Shown: one piece after another, positions 1-10,100 of the stretch
Layout of the letters: the number at the start of each line of letters is the position of its first letter
How positions within the stretch are numbered: position 1 is the first letter of the stretch
Origin: an uncultured Gammaproteobacteria bacterium
GTDB taxonomy: Bacteria > Patescibacteriota > Patescibacteriia > Magasanikbacterales > GWA2-37-8
Direction: 5' to 3'
Length of the DNA: 64,000 nucleotides
NCBI GenBank assembly: GCA_964510885.1
Contig: CAZEDL010000001.1
Coordinates: forward strand, 312,982-376,981
Made by a program: the position numbers and the translations under genes
Notes under the pieces: generated by a model
What the model saw: only the letters and a program-made list of their open reading frames with translations
What the model was told of the DNA's origin: nothing
The model's database searches: none

Positions 1-884
1 TGATTGACTTTGACTACAATGCCATCGATCCAAAAGGGCTGGGTGGCCCGGCGCGTTTTCCAATCAATATGAAACTTTAACACTTCATCAATCGTTTGAC
101 ATACCTTCCAGTTAGAATCAGTTTTGAAACCGAGCTCTTTCAAACGAGTGAGCTCTTCAGCTTGGGTGGGCGGCACCACACCACTTGAAATATCATAAGC
201 AGTGAGGAGGAGTTTCCGGGCAGCTACAATGCGCGGATCAAGTTGGCGGAGTGTGCCAGCGGCGGCATTGCGCGGGTTGGCAAATAGCGGCTCGCCGGAT
301 TTCTCTCGCTCGGCATTGATGCGCTTCAGCATAGCATCCGGCAGCCAGGCTTCGCCTTCGGCAACGAGGGTCGCAGGCTCTTCGAGCGTAAGCGGAACAC
401 TTTCGATCGTTTTTATATTTTGGGTAACATCTTCCCCCACTCTGCCATCACCACGGGTGGCGGCGGTAATAAGCTTACCGCCTTCATAGGAAAGCACAAT
501 GTGCAGACCATCGATTTTCAATTCACAGACATACGACAGATCGGTTGGGCGGGCACCGAGGGACTTTTCGAGCATATTCAAGATGCGCTCTTGCCAGTCG
601 CGCATATCATCTTCAGAGAAGGCATCATTAAATGACCACTGCGGCACTTGGTGGGTAACTTTGGTAAATTTATCGAGTGCTGTGCCGGCGACACGTTGAG
701 TCGGTGAATCTGGAGTGACTAGATCTGGGTGGGCGGCTTCGAGGCGGCGTAATTCATCCATCAGGCTGTCATACATGGCATCGGTCACTTCCGGATCATT
801 GAGCACATGATAGCGGTGCCGCAGATCGTTGATCTGGGCGCGTAGGCGCGGGAGAAGTTCTGTAAGATTTTGATGTTTAGTCAT
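1..884 (-). CDS. ligA: NAD-dependent DNA ligase LigA, N-terminal part; the 3' end of the gene lies beyond the window start
   Basis: Minus-strand translation from the ATG (complement of 882-884) reads MTKHQNLTELLPRLRAQINDLRHRYHVLNDPEVTDAMYDSLMDELRRLEAAHP... It contains the adenylation motif ELKIDG and the conserved LigA N-terminal Ia and adenylation domains. The ORF runs off the window edge. Confidence 0.85.
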   Translation of the reverse strand, partial: MTKHQNLTELLPRLRAQINDLRHRYHVLNDPEVTDAMYDSLMDELRRLEAAHPDLVTPDSPTQRVAGTALDKFTKVTHQVPQWSFNDAFSEDDMRDWQERILNMLEKSLGARPTDLSYVCELKIDGLHIVLSYEGGKLITAATRGDGRVGEDVTQNIKTIESVPLTLEEPATLVAEGEAWLPDAMLKRINAEREKSGEPLFANPRNAAAGTLRQLDPRIVAARKLLLTAYDISSGVVPPTQAEELTRLKELGFKTDSNWKVCQTIDEVLKFHIDWKTRRATQPFWIDGIVVKVN

Positions 885-963
885 ATCATCATGAAAACAC
901 TAGAACATAAGAACACTAAAGCAGTAATTATATGTTTAAATTGAACTTAAATAACAAATTTTT

Positions 964-1046
964 TGTCATTCCCGCAAAAGCGGGAATTAACAATCACTTT
1001 GGACTTCGTTTAACTATCCTGGATTCCCGCTTTCGCGGGAATGACA
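964..1046. repeat. Family-A palindromic MITE-like element (copy A1), intergenic. Termini are TGTCATTCCCGC...GCGGGAATGACA, with two internal hairpins.
   Basis: Perfect terminal inverted repeats tgtcattcccgc/gcgggaatgaca seen directly. Internal hairpins cccgcaaaagcggg and cccgctttcgcggg. The same termini recur at six other loci in the window. Confidence 0.7.
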
Positions 1047-1097
1047 CCGAGTGATTTTATTTTACTGTTTTCATGCTTTAATGTTTCAATGACTACA

Positions 1098-1892
1098 TTA
1101 CACACCGATCAGGCCCATATACCACCCAATAATCTGATTACTAAAAAATAAAGAGCACAGCGTGCCGATGGCGAGGAATGTGCCAAATGGAACCGCTGAA
1201 TCAAACCGAAATTTTTTGGATACCAAAAGGCCAATCGCCACAATCGAGCCGAGAATATAGGCAATGAATAAGGCAACCAGTACATTCGGCCACCCAAGCC
1301 AGATTCCCATGAGAACGCCGAGGCGCACATCACCTCCTCCAATCCAGCGACCGCGTGAGACCAGGAATTGAAATAGGAAAAATCCACCCGTTACCACTGC
1401 AGCGGTGATCATAGATCCGGGCATAAGGCCGAGGGCATAATAATTAACGATGCCGCCGACAAATGACCCAACCCAGATAACACGCGATAGAATCAACTGA
1501 TAATTATAATCGTAGAAAAAGATAATGATTAGTAGAGCTAGAAAAAATACATCGCGCCAAAAATGCCAGGGATCGAAGATGGTCACCTTGGTGTGATAAT
1601 AAAAGAGACCTGACAATAATACCCCGGTGAGGGCTTCTACCAAAAAATATTGCCAGGGAATAGGTCGACCGCAGGTGCGACAGACATGTTTTAAAAAAAT
1701 AAAACTCAGCAGCGGAATATTTTCATACCATGCGAGCTGCCGATGGCAATGCACACAGACACTCCTCGTGAAGGCAAAAATTCGGATATTTTCGCGGGTA
1801 CGCCATATCCAGGAGTTGAGAAAACTGCCAAGGACGGCACCGCACCAAAAAACAAATATGTATAAAGGGAAGCCGAGGACTTCTTGAAGCAT
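1098..1892 (-). CDS. pilD: Prepilin peptidase (type IV leader peptidase, A24 family)
   Basis: 264-aa polytopic membrane protein. N-terminal LGSFLN and tetracysteine CxxC...CxxC (CVHCHRQL...CRTCGRP) are typical of PilD/ComC, followed by a C-terminal peptidase A24-like TM core. It sits adjacent to a pilin gene. Confidence 0.75.
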   Translation of the reverse strand: MLQEVLGFPLYIFVFWCGAVLGSFLNSWIWRTRENIRIFAFTRSVCVHCHRQLAWYENIPLLSFIFLKHVCRTCGRPIPWQYFLVEALTGVLLSGLFYYHTKVTIFDPWHFWRDVFFLALLIIIFFYDYNYQLILSRVIWVGSFVGGIVNYYALGLMPGSMITAAVVTGGFFLFQFLVSRGRWIGGGDVRLGVLMGIWLGWPNVLVALFIAYILGSIVAIGLLVSKKFRFDSAVPFGTFLAIGTLCSLFFSNQIIGWYMGLIGV

Positions 1893-1920
1893 ACCGACTG
1901 ACGGAGTCTAGTTAAGCAAC

Positions 1921-1947
1921 CATGAATTCACAGGCGCATGAATTCAT
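1921..1947. promoter_or_regulatory. Two copies of the self-complementary decamer ATGAATTCAT, spaced 6 bp apart, 30-55 nt upstream of the pilD start. Candidate operator.
   Basis: catgaattca caggcg catgaattcat read directly; each decamer is its own reverse complement. Confidence 0.3.
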
Positions 1948-2033
1948 AACCAGACATAAGTATACCTAAAAGGTTTTTGGCTGACAAATTAGAAAATGGG
2001 ATAAATTACCATACATGCTTAGACATATAATTT

Positions 2034-2065
2034 AAAAACCCTTTAGAAGTATCTAAAGGGTTTTT
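2034..2065. terminator. Bidirectional rho-independent terminator downstream of the pilin gene
   Basis: aaaaaccctttag-aagtatc-ctaaagggttttt: an 11-bp stem, 7-nt loop, A-run on one side and T-run on the other. It sits immediately 3' of the minus-strand pilin ORF. Confidence 0.6.
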
Positions 2066-2082
2066 ATAAAAACGAATCCTGA

Positions 2083-2505
2083 TTATTTGCCAATACCTGC
2101 TGGGGTTAATTTGATATCCCCGCTGAGACCGTTTACGTCTCCTTCGAGAGTCGCTTCAACCGTATAGGTACCAGTGCCGACAGTGTAGACATAGGAACCT
2201 TCTTTAGGATCGGTTGGAACTTTGGACATATACGGATTAGTGCAGCCTGACGTGGTGAAACCAGTTGAGTTCAAACAGGCGTAGTTGGTGGTGGCGAGAT
2301 CAATTGTATCGCCGGCCGGGTATGAATTCTGGTCAGTATAGTAAAGTTCGAGTGCAGTTTGTAATTGCTTGAGGTCGGATAGACGTTTGGAGTCGCGCGC
2401 TTTGACACGAGCTGATCCGAGCGCTACCACTGCCAAGGTTGACAACAACCCGATAATAGCGATAACAACGAGCAATTCAATTAATGTAAAGCCTTTCTTG
2501 TTCAT
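2083..2505 (-). CDS. Type IV pilin / pseudopilin with a class III (prepilin) signal peptide
   Basis: [29 protein letters not shown]... is the canonical G|FTLIE cleavage/methylation motif plus a hydrophobic helix. Strong SD AAGGGGGTGA upstream of the ATG at 2505; the six-frame ORF extends to 2547 but the internal Met is the likely start. Confidence 0.85.
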   Translation of the reverse strand: MNKKGFTLIELLVVIAIIGLLSTLAVVALGSARVKARDSKRLSDLKQLQTALELYYTDQNSYPAGDTIDLATTNYACLNSTGFTTSGCTNPYMSKVPTDPKEGSYVYTVGTGTYTVEATLEGDVNGLSGDIKLTPAGIGK

Positions 2506-2566
2506 AGTGTCACCCCCTTTCCGTGATAGATAGACATATGACCGCAATCTTTAGTTCATCAGACGG

Positions 2567-2953
2567 TTATTTTTTCAACACTTTGCGCACCTTTTCTACG
2601 ACTTCGGAGGGTTTGAAATGGGCTTTGATTAAATAGTCAACAGCCCCTGATTCAAGCCCTTTTTCGACGTCGTCTTTTTGGCCAAGATTGGTGAGCAGGA
2701 TAACTGGAATCTGTTTGGTAGACGGGTCAGTTTTTAATTTTTCGAGCACCGAAAAACCATCTAGTTTAGGCAAGAGTATATCAAGCAGGATAATATCTGG
2801 TTGTTTTCGCTTGGCTTCTACCAACCCTTTTTCACCATTATCAGCGACACTAGTTTTAAATCCTTCTAGTTCAAATTTTTTTTCGTAAATATTGGCCAGA
2901 AAAACATCGTCTTCTACCAACAATACATGGGTTTTGGAGTCTTTTTTATCCAT
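2567..2953 (-). CDS. Single-domain response regulator receiver (CheY-like; possibly a PilH-type pilus regulator)
   Basis: 128 aa. HVLLVEDDVFL... with the acidic pocket DD, the phospho-acceptor in ILLDILLP, and a conserved T and K later in the sequence. No output domain. Confidence 0.8.
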   Translation of the reverse strand: MDKKDSKTHVLLVEDDVFLANIYEKKFELEGFKTSVADNGEKGLVEAKRKQPDIILLDILLPKLDGFSVLEKLKTDPSTKQIPVILLTNLGQKDDVEKGLESGAVDYLIKAHFKPSEVVEKVRKVLKK

Positions 2954-3036
2954 AGAAGTTAAGGTTAAACAACTTATAAAGTCCTCCTGCCACGGCAGTT
3001 ACAGCGTAATGCCAAGGACTATGGACGTAAGATTAA

Positions 3037-4194
3037 TTATACCAAATTACGCAGTGCAAGGCCAATAGCCACCGACATGCGTGGGCCGATGCTGTGCAGC
3101 ACCGTCTTCAAACCTTCTTGATAGACCACCCGGCCCCACGGATCACCCGTATAACATTTTATTTTGAACAGGTCAGTCAGGTAGGTGGCTAGAAGCGGCA
3201 TAATACCACTGCCTCCGGTCAAAATAATTTTTTCCGGGCGCTTGCCTTCATTACCGCTTTGGCGCAGATACATATCAAAGCTATAACCTATCTCTTTGGC
3301 AATTGGATCTATTATCGGCATCAAAATAGACAACAGCCGTTCGCGCGAAATAAGGGCGGCTGATTCGCGATTTAGATCAGCGAAGAGATTGAATTTTAAC
3401 TGTTCCACCAGCGAGTCGTCTACACCCCAAATCGACTGTAGCATGCTATTTATATTTTTACCACCCAGCTCGATGCTGTGGTGAGTCATGGGCACTGTCT
3501 GGTCGATCATGAAAAAATTGGTGCGCTCAGCCCCAAGATCGATCACCATAGTGAGAGCGCGATCGCGGCCGACGAGTGAACGGGCCAGAGCAACTGATTC
3601 TGGTTCGAGAGCGCTGAGCTCGAGGCCGGCTGCTTTGAAAACTTTGGAATAAAACAAGACGAGTGATTTTGGAACTGCATTTACCAAAATAGTTTGCACT
3701 TTTGCATCAGCGGCACGAGGTAAGAGCTCATAATCAAGTGCTGTATCTTCGAGTGCGTAGGGTAGCAATTTTTTTATTTCGGCTTTGAGAAGAGCGTCTA
3801 CTTCTTCGCGTTTTACCACTGGGAGGTTGACTATGGTATGAAACACAGCTGACACCGGCAGACTCACCACCACACTTTTGCTCCGAGTTTTGGCCGCAGT
3901 ACAAACAGCACGGACTAGATTCGCATATAGCTCTAGGCGCGGATCGACCGGCTCTGCCGAGGCCGCTTTTTTGTCAGCAGACGACTGCTCAAACGATGGT
4001 GGGGTTTTTTTGATCAACAAATCTTCGGGCCGTTTTTCTTGTTCGGGGACCAATCGGTGAACATCTTGGTACAGCGAGGTGTAACCATAGGTAAATAAAA
4101 CGGGCCGATGCTTTTGCTGCTGCAATTCCACAAGCTTTACGCCCCCTGCGCCGAGGTCAATACCGAGATAGGATTTTGGTTTGAAGAAAAACAT
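3037..4194 (-). CDS. pilM: Type IV pilus assembly protein PilM (actin-like ATPase fold)
   Basis: N-terminal LGIDLGAGGVKLVEL (actin/FtsA-like phosphate-1) and C-terminal ILTGGSGIMPLLATYL (adenosine motif). About 385 aa, in a pilus gene neighbourhood. Confidence 0.7.
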   Translation of the reverse strand: MFFFKPKSYLGIDLGAGGVKLVELQQQKHRPVLFTYGYTSLYQDVHRLVPEQEKRPEDLLIKKTPPSFEQSSADKKAASAEPVDPRLELYANLVRAVCTAAKTRSKSVVVSLPVSAVFHTIVNLPVVKREEVDALLKAEIKKLLPYALEDTALDYELLPRAADAKVQTILVNAVPKSLVLFYSKVFKAAGLELSALEPESVALARSLVGRDRALTMVIDLGAERTNFFMIDQTVPMTHHSIELGGKNINSMLQSIWGVDDSLVEQLKFNLFADLNRESAALISRERLLSILMPIIDPIAKEIGYSFDMYLRQSGNEGKRPEKIILTGGSGIMPLLATYLTDLFKIKCYTGDPWGRVVYQEGLKTVLHSIGPRMSVAIGLALRNLV

Positions 4195-4209
4195 ACTCTA
4201 ACCAAGCAG

Positions 4210-5139
4210 TTATGCTCGAATTTTTTTTAACCCCCATAGTATACCACTAACGCCTAAAAAAAGGCTACCAAAAATGACAACAGCATGGCCAGAAAACCTA
4301 TGTATCAACGATTTAGATGCGGCTGGGCTGACCACTACTACACGCTGCTGATGCGCACGATCAACCGCTTTGACATAAACAAAGCTACGCAGTGTTTGAT
4401 CGTAGAGTAACGCAGGACTATTAACTGTCCGCCAGGAAAACGGTGTTTGTAAAGCGATTTCAGCAGTATACCCAGTTTGGCTTTCAGCTATCTCATAGTG
4501 ATCGATGCCTGATTGATTATCCTGGGCTGAAAAAGTAACAAACCACTGGCCGTCAAAAACTGCCTCGCTGCGGCTGATAGACGGGGTGAAGAGTTCGGGT
4601 GGTTGATTATCAAAACGGGGGCGATAATCGATAACGCGCGAACCTATTGTAATCTGCAACGGTTGTGTGGCAACACTTACCGGTGTACCCAGCCCATCGT
4701 GCAAAAATGCTTGCGGATTGGTAATTGTGAGGCGAGGAGCCTGAGACCCTACCACATGAAACATTAATGAAAAGAGTCGGGCATCAGAACTGACTACGCC
4801 TCCAGGTATCATGCCACTAAAGGTTACTTTGGAAGCCCCTGCTCCAGTCTTAAGTTTGGGAGGTTCAATCCAAAAAGTAACCGCACTTTGACCATCATTA
4901 ATCTGTTCAAGTTCCAGCTCATCAGCTGAAAAAACAAGCGTTCCACCAACGAGATTTAGTCGGTCGCTCTCGGTATTGAGGCGAACTACAACCTCGATTG
5001 TATCGCCGATTCCAGTGCTTGGTGGCGCAGAAAAATATAATTCAGCGCTATAAGCGTGCTGTGGGGCAGCTAAAATTGCTACTAAACCGAGCACGGCAGC
5101 ACTCAGTAATGTTATGGTTTTTTGAAACACACTAGACAT
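4210..5139 (-). CDS. Hypothetical secreted protein with an N-terminal signal peptide and a C-terminal TM anchor
   Basis: Signal peptide LLSAAVLGLVAILAAPQHAYSA, C-terminal hydrophobic AVVIFGSLFLGVSGILWGL followed by KKIRA. No recognisable catalytic motif. Confidence 0.4.
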   Translation of the reverse strand: MSSVFQKTITLLSAAVLGLVAILAAPQHAYSAELYFSAPPSTGIGDTIEVVVRLNTESDRLNLVGGTLVFSADELELEQINDGQSAVTFWIEPPKLKTGAGASKVTFSGMIPGGVVSSDARLFSLMFHVVGSQAPRLTITNPQAFLHDGLGTPVSVATQPLQITIGSRVIDYRPRFDNQPPELFTPSISRSEAVFDGQWFVTFSAQDNQSGIDHYEIAESQTGYTAEIALQTPFSWRTVNSPALLYDQTLRSFVYVKAVDRAHQQRVVVVSPAASKSLIHRFSGHAVVIFGSLFLGVSGILWGLKKIRA

Positions 5140-5169
5140 ACGATAACGCTTAAGTCTTTGACGGCTAGC

Positions 5170-6543
5170 TTAACTGGTCCAATAATACGCAATAATACTA
5201 AAATCACTTAGAGTGATAGCACCATCACCATTCAAGCGCTCTGCTTCTACCGTTGCAAATAGTGGACTCGGGGGTCGCTTATACCAAAATAAGGCGATGG
5301 ACACATCGATAAAATTTACTCGTCCGTCCGCATTTAGATCACCCTTTAGATACACTTTTTTGGAGATGGTGCTATCGGTAATCATTTCGTCAATTATTAC
5401 GGTTTGCGTAAGACTTGAGTTGCTCTGCCCTACCTGATTATCTTTTGCTTCAGCATTAATTATAAAATTACCCTTCCCTAATTGACGGGCCGGGATCTGA
5501 TATTGGTAAAATCCATTTTCATCGGCAGTCGTAGTAACTAGTAATGATTTGTTACCGGGGGTGCGCGGGGTAAGAGTAATAATAATTGTAGCCCGCGGCA
5601 GCGTCGAACCAGTAACGGCCAGTGACTCACCAGGGGTGAGGTACTGGCTATTCATTTTGAGAGTCGGACTCAAAAAGACCGCTCCAATGCGCGCTTGATC
5701 ATTTCCAGCAATATCAACGGGGTATGCAACGAGCGCGGAACGGTCACCATTTATATCCTGACTAGCCAAAGAAAAAGTGTATTTTCGCGCGCCAAGATCG
5801 GTCAGAGACAGCTCAAACCTACCTCTTTGATCAGCTTGACTAGATAAAATAAACTCTCCGTCCTTTAAGAGGATTACTGAAGCTAGTGGAGACGTATACC
5901 CGAAAAAGGTAACCTGCGCTACTGATGATGAAGCGGCTGCTGCGGCCGACGTGGGGACTGAAGTGCTAACTGATACCGGACTAATACCAAAATTTACAGA
6001 GGTTCCAGAGCTACCAGTAGTGACAGCGACTGCACTGGAAGTAGCCACTACTGAACCTTCAGTGTCACGGACTCTGACTATAAAGTAATATCTGGTGTTA
6101 GCACTCAGACCGGTTTGGGTGCGCGTCAGTAGACTGCCGACATTAAAATAACTATATGGACCACCACTGATTAGTGATTGGCCAATTTCATAACTCCCAA
6201 CAGTAATCCCTAAGCTACCGACAGCTGACGTCCAGCTAAGATCAGCGCTAGTAGTATGAGCGGTAACGGTCAGAACAGGGGTGGTAACTGAGGGGAGCTG
6301 GACAATGTTTTGGTCAGCTTTAAATTTGCTTGAGCTGCTTTCACTAGCGACTAGCAGGCCGCTATTACTGATGAGCTGAAAATTGTCAGAGGTCGACTGT
6401 TCGGCCCCCATGAGAAGGACGGGATCTCGAGTGATAAAATTTTCGGAACTAAAATCATCGGCCTTGGCCACTCTGCCGCCACTCGTGATAACTAACGCTG
6501 CCAGCAGTATAAAGAGTCGCGCCAACATAAACCTATTTGACAA
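5170..6543 (-). CDS. Secreted Ser/Thr-rich protein with a C-terminal dockerin-like tandem Ca-binding repeat
   Basis: Signal peptide MLARLFILLAALVITSGG. The C-terminus KGDLNADGRVNFIDVSIAL...RLNGDGAITLSDFSIIAYYW matches a dockerin type I duplicated EF-hand-like repeat. The middle is T/S/V-rich and probably Ig/FN3-like. Confidence 0.45.
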   Translation of the reverse strand: MSNRFMLARLFILLAALVITSGGRVAKADDFSSENFITRDPVLLMGAEQSTSDNFQLISNSGLLVASESSSSKFKADQNIVQLPSVTTPVLTVTAHTTSADLSWTSAVGSLGITVGSYEIGQSLISGGPYSYFNVGSLLTRTQTGLSANTRYYFIVRVRDTEGSVVATSSAVAVTTGSSGTSVNFGISPVSVSTSVPTSAAAAASSSVAQVTFFGYTSPLASVILLKDGEFILSSQADQRGRFELSLTDLGARKYTFSLASQDINGDRSALVAYPVDIAGNDQARIGAVFLSPTLKMNSQYLTPGESLAVTGSTLPRATIIITLTPRTPGNKSLLVTTTADENGFYQYQIPARQLGKGNFIINAEAKDNQVGQSNSSLTQTVIIDEMITDSTISKKVYLKGDLNADGRVNFIDVSIALFWYKRPPSPLFATVEAERLNGDGAITLSDFSIIAYYWTS

Positions 6544-6592
6544 ACAAAGGTTGTTAAGGCTTTTTGATATTTCACTCAGTACTCAATAGATA

Positions 6593-7057
6593 CTATGGTT
6601 TGTTCTGAGCCTCACCAGCTGATACAGTTCCGGCTGCCTGGGCAGTAGGCGTACCTCCATTATTACCAATGTTGATGGGAGAAACTTCGATCACTCGATT
6701 AGCGATTGGATCAAACAAAATTGCTTTACGGGCTGTAGCATACAGCAAAACTTTATCCCCAGTTTTAGCCTTGGCAAAAAATTGCTGACCTTTAAGCAAC
6801 GACGGATCAGAGACGGTCGCGAGCGTTGGCTGCTCACCTTCAGGAAGATCTAGAATTTTTTGCACCCTTGCAACAACATCGACTAGTTCACTCTGACCTA
6901 CTTTAGATGGATTGTTTTTAATTACAGTCAGCTGATTATAAAGATACGCGTTTCCTGCTAAACTAACCAATAACGCCAGTAGAGAAAGAATGCTAAAAAT
7001 CTTAGCGACAGAGTGGACTGGCGGAGTTTGATTTTTTGTTTCCGTGCTCATAGGCAT
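6593..7057 (-). CDS. Hypothetical membrane-anchored protein (single N-terminal TM)
   Basis: IFSILSLLALLVSLAGNAYLY TM helix, then a soluble domain. A PilN/PilO-like role is possible but not demonstrable from the sequence. Confidence 0.35.
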   Translation of the reverse strand: MPMSTETKNQTPPVHSVAKIFSILSLLALLVSLAGNAYLYNQLTVIKNNPSKVGQSELVDVVARVQKILDLPEGEQPTLATVSDPSLLKGQQFFAKAKTGDKVLLYATARKAILFDPIANRVIEVSPINIGNNGGTPTAQAAGTVSAGEAQNKP

Positions 7058-7150
7058 AAAATTATTATTGATAAATAAGAATTTTTATTATTATATCATA
7101 GGTTAAAGATATACCAGAAAATTTTTGCTCATGTGGATAAGTTTTGATAG

Positions 7151-10100
7151 CTACCCTCCTTCCGGATTAGTGCTTGTATCATATTCTTGAGGAGGCTCAG
7201 ATGCAGGTGTAAAAACTTCTTCTGAAGAAGTCGAGAGTTCATCAACTGGTGGCGTGACAGAAGGTGTAGAAATAGTACTGGTCGTATCTGTTGGCAACAC
7301 TTCACCTGAAGGGGATTCAACTATCTCCGAAGGAATGACGGTGGCCCGACGAGCATTTTTAACAGCCAAAGCTATCCAGCTAAAGGTTAGCTCAAATGGA
7401 GCAGGCTTACTGAGGTGTAGAGTAAAACCACGGGTAGTCTTTTTAATTATGATATACCTAATATCTTCAGTAAAAATTATCTCTTCGAGAGCCGCAGCCT
7501 CATCAGCGCTGAGAGTGGAAGTAGTTTCGAGCGACAAAGTCGCATTTACTACCGGTTGCTCGAGATACTCATGCTGGAACTCTACAGCAACATTCTTTTG
7601 ACCGGGGGGTACAACCACAAATCCTCCGCTATCGGCGTTAAAATAGGGCCGGCCTATAAAAAGAATTTCGCTGCCGACACTAATAGCGCCGCTAATTGAA
7701 CTGAGCATATCGACTTGTAATCCAGCACGCAATATACCCGGCTGATCAATAGACAGGCTGCTACTTGCCAAGTTAGCCAGGGTAAGATTTGATTGATTTT
7801 CAAGCGTCGTCATACGATTAAACAGGTAGTCGGTGGTTGAGGCAACCGCGCTAAGGGCCATGGTAGATGACGCTAATTGGATGCCTAAATCAGCAGTGGT
7901 TGAGGCTAACGCATCTACGGTCGAAGACACATAAGAGAGGCCTGGGGTAACAATCTCGTTGGCAACCAACCGAGAAGCAGCAATTGTCCCAGACACGGTC
8001 AAGGTACTCGCAATTCTCACTTGATCAGCAAAAAAGGCGCTGCCCTCAAAGGTAGTAGTAGCTAAAAAATCTATATCTCCAATGACACTCACCATGCCGT
8101 TTAATACCGTCGGTCCGTTAACCGTGAGACCACCAATTACTAGTGAGCTTGAAGGACTGATTGTGAACGAAGAGGAGCTCGCGACAGTGGAAGTGGTGAG
8201 AATTTCGGTACCACCTAACTCTGATTCGGTATCAAAAAAAGATAAAGCGCTTGAAGTGACAGACGTACTACTCGGAGATCCCGGCAGGGCTAGTCCTCGA
8301 ATAATCAGAATAGTGATACGAGCAGAAGAAGTAGCGAGTGGCTCGAGTGCCATACCAATAATACTTGCTGTTTTTCCACTCTCCAGGTCATAACGCATAG
8401 CATAGCCTGCTCTAGAGGCAGTAACTACATAGTCACCGGTACTAATTGGGCCATTTTCATCAGTAACTTTGGTATTAACGAGGCCAGACAACGCGAGCGC
8501 ACCGCGATTTTCACCACTGACACCAATTAAGAAACGGCCCGTATCAGAGATAACACCAGCTACATTAACTGCATAGGCACTGGTAGATTTTTTAAATTTA
8601 TTAGGATTCTCCGGATCAGAAATGAGCACGTCACCGGGCTCGCTCGTGTCACCCGGCGACAGATCTACATATTCGGCCAAATCACCAATCGTGCTGCCCG
8701 CGGCATTGGAGGTAATAGTTCCGGTGGAGCGAACATTTCCACCGGTGTCTACTGAAAGAACTTTGGAACCGGCGTTGCGCAAAGAAAATAAAATAGAGCT
8801 ACTTGCCGTGCTCAACGCACTATTGGTATCAAAAATAAATGCCCCGGCACCAGACCCGGACGCAAAGGAAGTAATAGTGGTGGAAGAATTCGACGCGGTA
8901 ATTTTAAGGCCACCAGCGCCAGATCCACCAGTTATAGCTAGCGTACCTGAGGCATTAATGGTGCCTACTACGGTGAGAGCCGAACCGAGAGTAGTAGTGC
9001 CAATTACCGACAGGCCACCTTCGGAACTAATACCTCCAACCCCAGCAAATAGACCACCTCGTAAAAAAAGACTGTTATCAAAAAAAGCATTTTGTAGTAC
9101 TTGTAAACCTCCGATTTCGGCAGTATGGGAAATCAAACCACCTGTTTCAATTCCGCCCACATCATAATATTGAAACTCACATCCGTGTGCTGAATTCTCA
9201 GAGAGAGCCCGGCAACTATCGACTGAACCCCCAACCCCAATAAAGAATCGACGGCCGGCCACGTACAGAGCGTTTACCGTCGTTCCCGAAACCCCTGATC
9301 CGGAATCTACACCCCCGACAAAAGTTAGCGCACTCGTCGAAACATCATAGACTTGAATTTCGCAATTTGCTGGAGTTGAAATCGAACAACTGGCGCCATT
9401 GCTAGCATTCTTCCCCACATACAAATAGCGCCCAGCAGACATGACTGCTTTAGTCGCGTCGGTTAAATCAAGACCATTTTTATAAGTGGGATTTGTCGGA
9501 TTAATCACGTCAAATAGTTGTAGTTCGCAGCCAGTACGGGTGGAAGATGAACAAGTACCAGTATTGGCATTATTAACCAGAAACACGTTCATTCCATTGA
9601 CCGTAATACCATTAGCCGTATTATCACCATTATCAACTCCTCCAATATATATTAGTGCCGTGGTGGAGGCGGTGATATCATAAATTTGTAGCTCACAACC
9701 AGTATTATCAGTAGAACTGCAGGTTCCAGAATTAGATGCTTTACCAATATAGGCCCGACGCCCCGATAGAGCAACTGCATCAAAATTGCTTCCACCGGCA
9801 TCATTGGCGCCGCCCATAAACCGAGGCGTAGAACTGGGGCCGGACAAATCATATAATTGAATTTCACATCCTGCTGGGTTAGCGAAAGTACAAGTGGCAG
9901 CACTTACCGCTTTGGCAATTACTACTCTGCCGCCTTCCATAGCCAGTCCTTTAATTTGAGTAGTGGCATCAATACCGCCGCTATAAACCGGGCTCAGAGG
10001 ATTAAACATATTATACATTTGCAGCTCGCAACCAGTAGCCGTAGTAGCTGAACAAAAACCACTTGCCGCATTAGTTCCGAATACTAAATAATCGCCAAAA

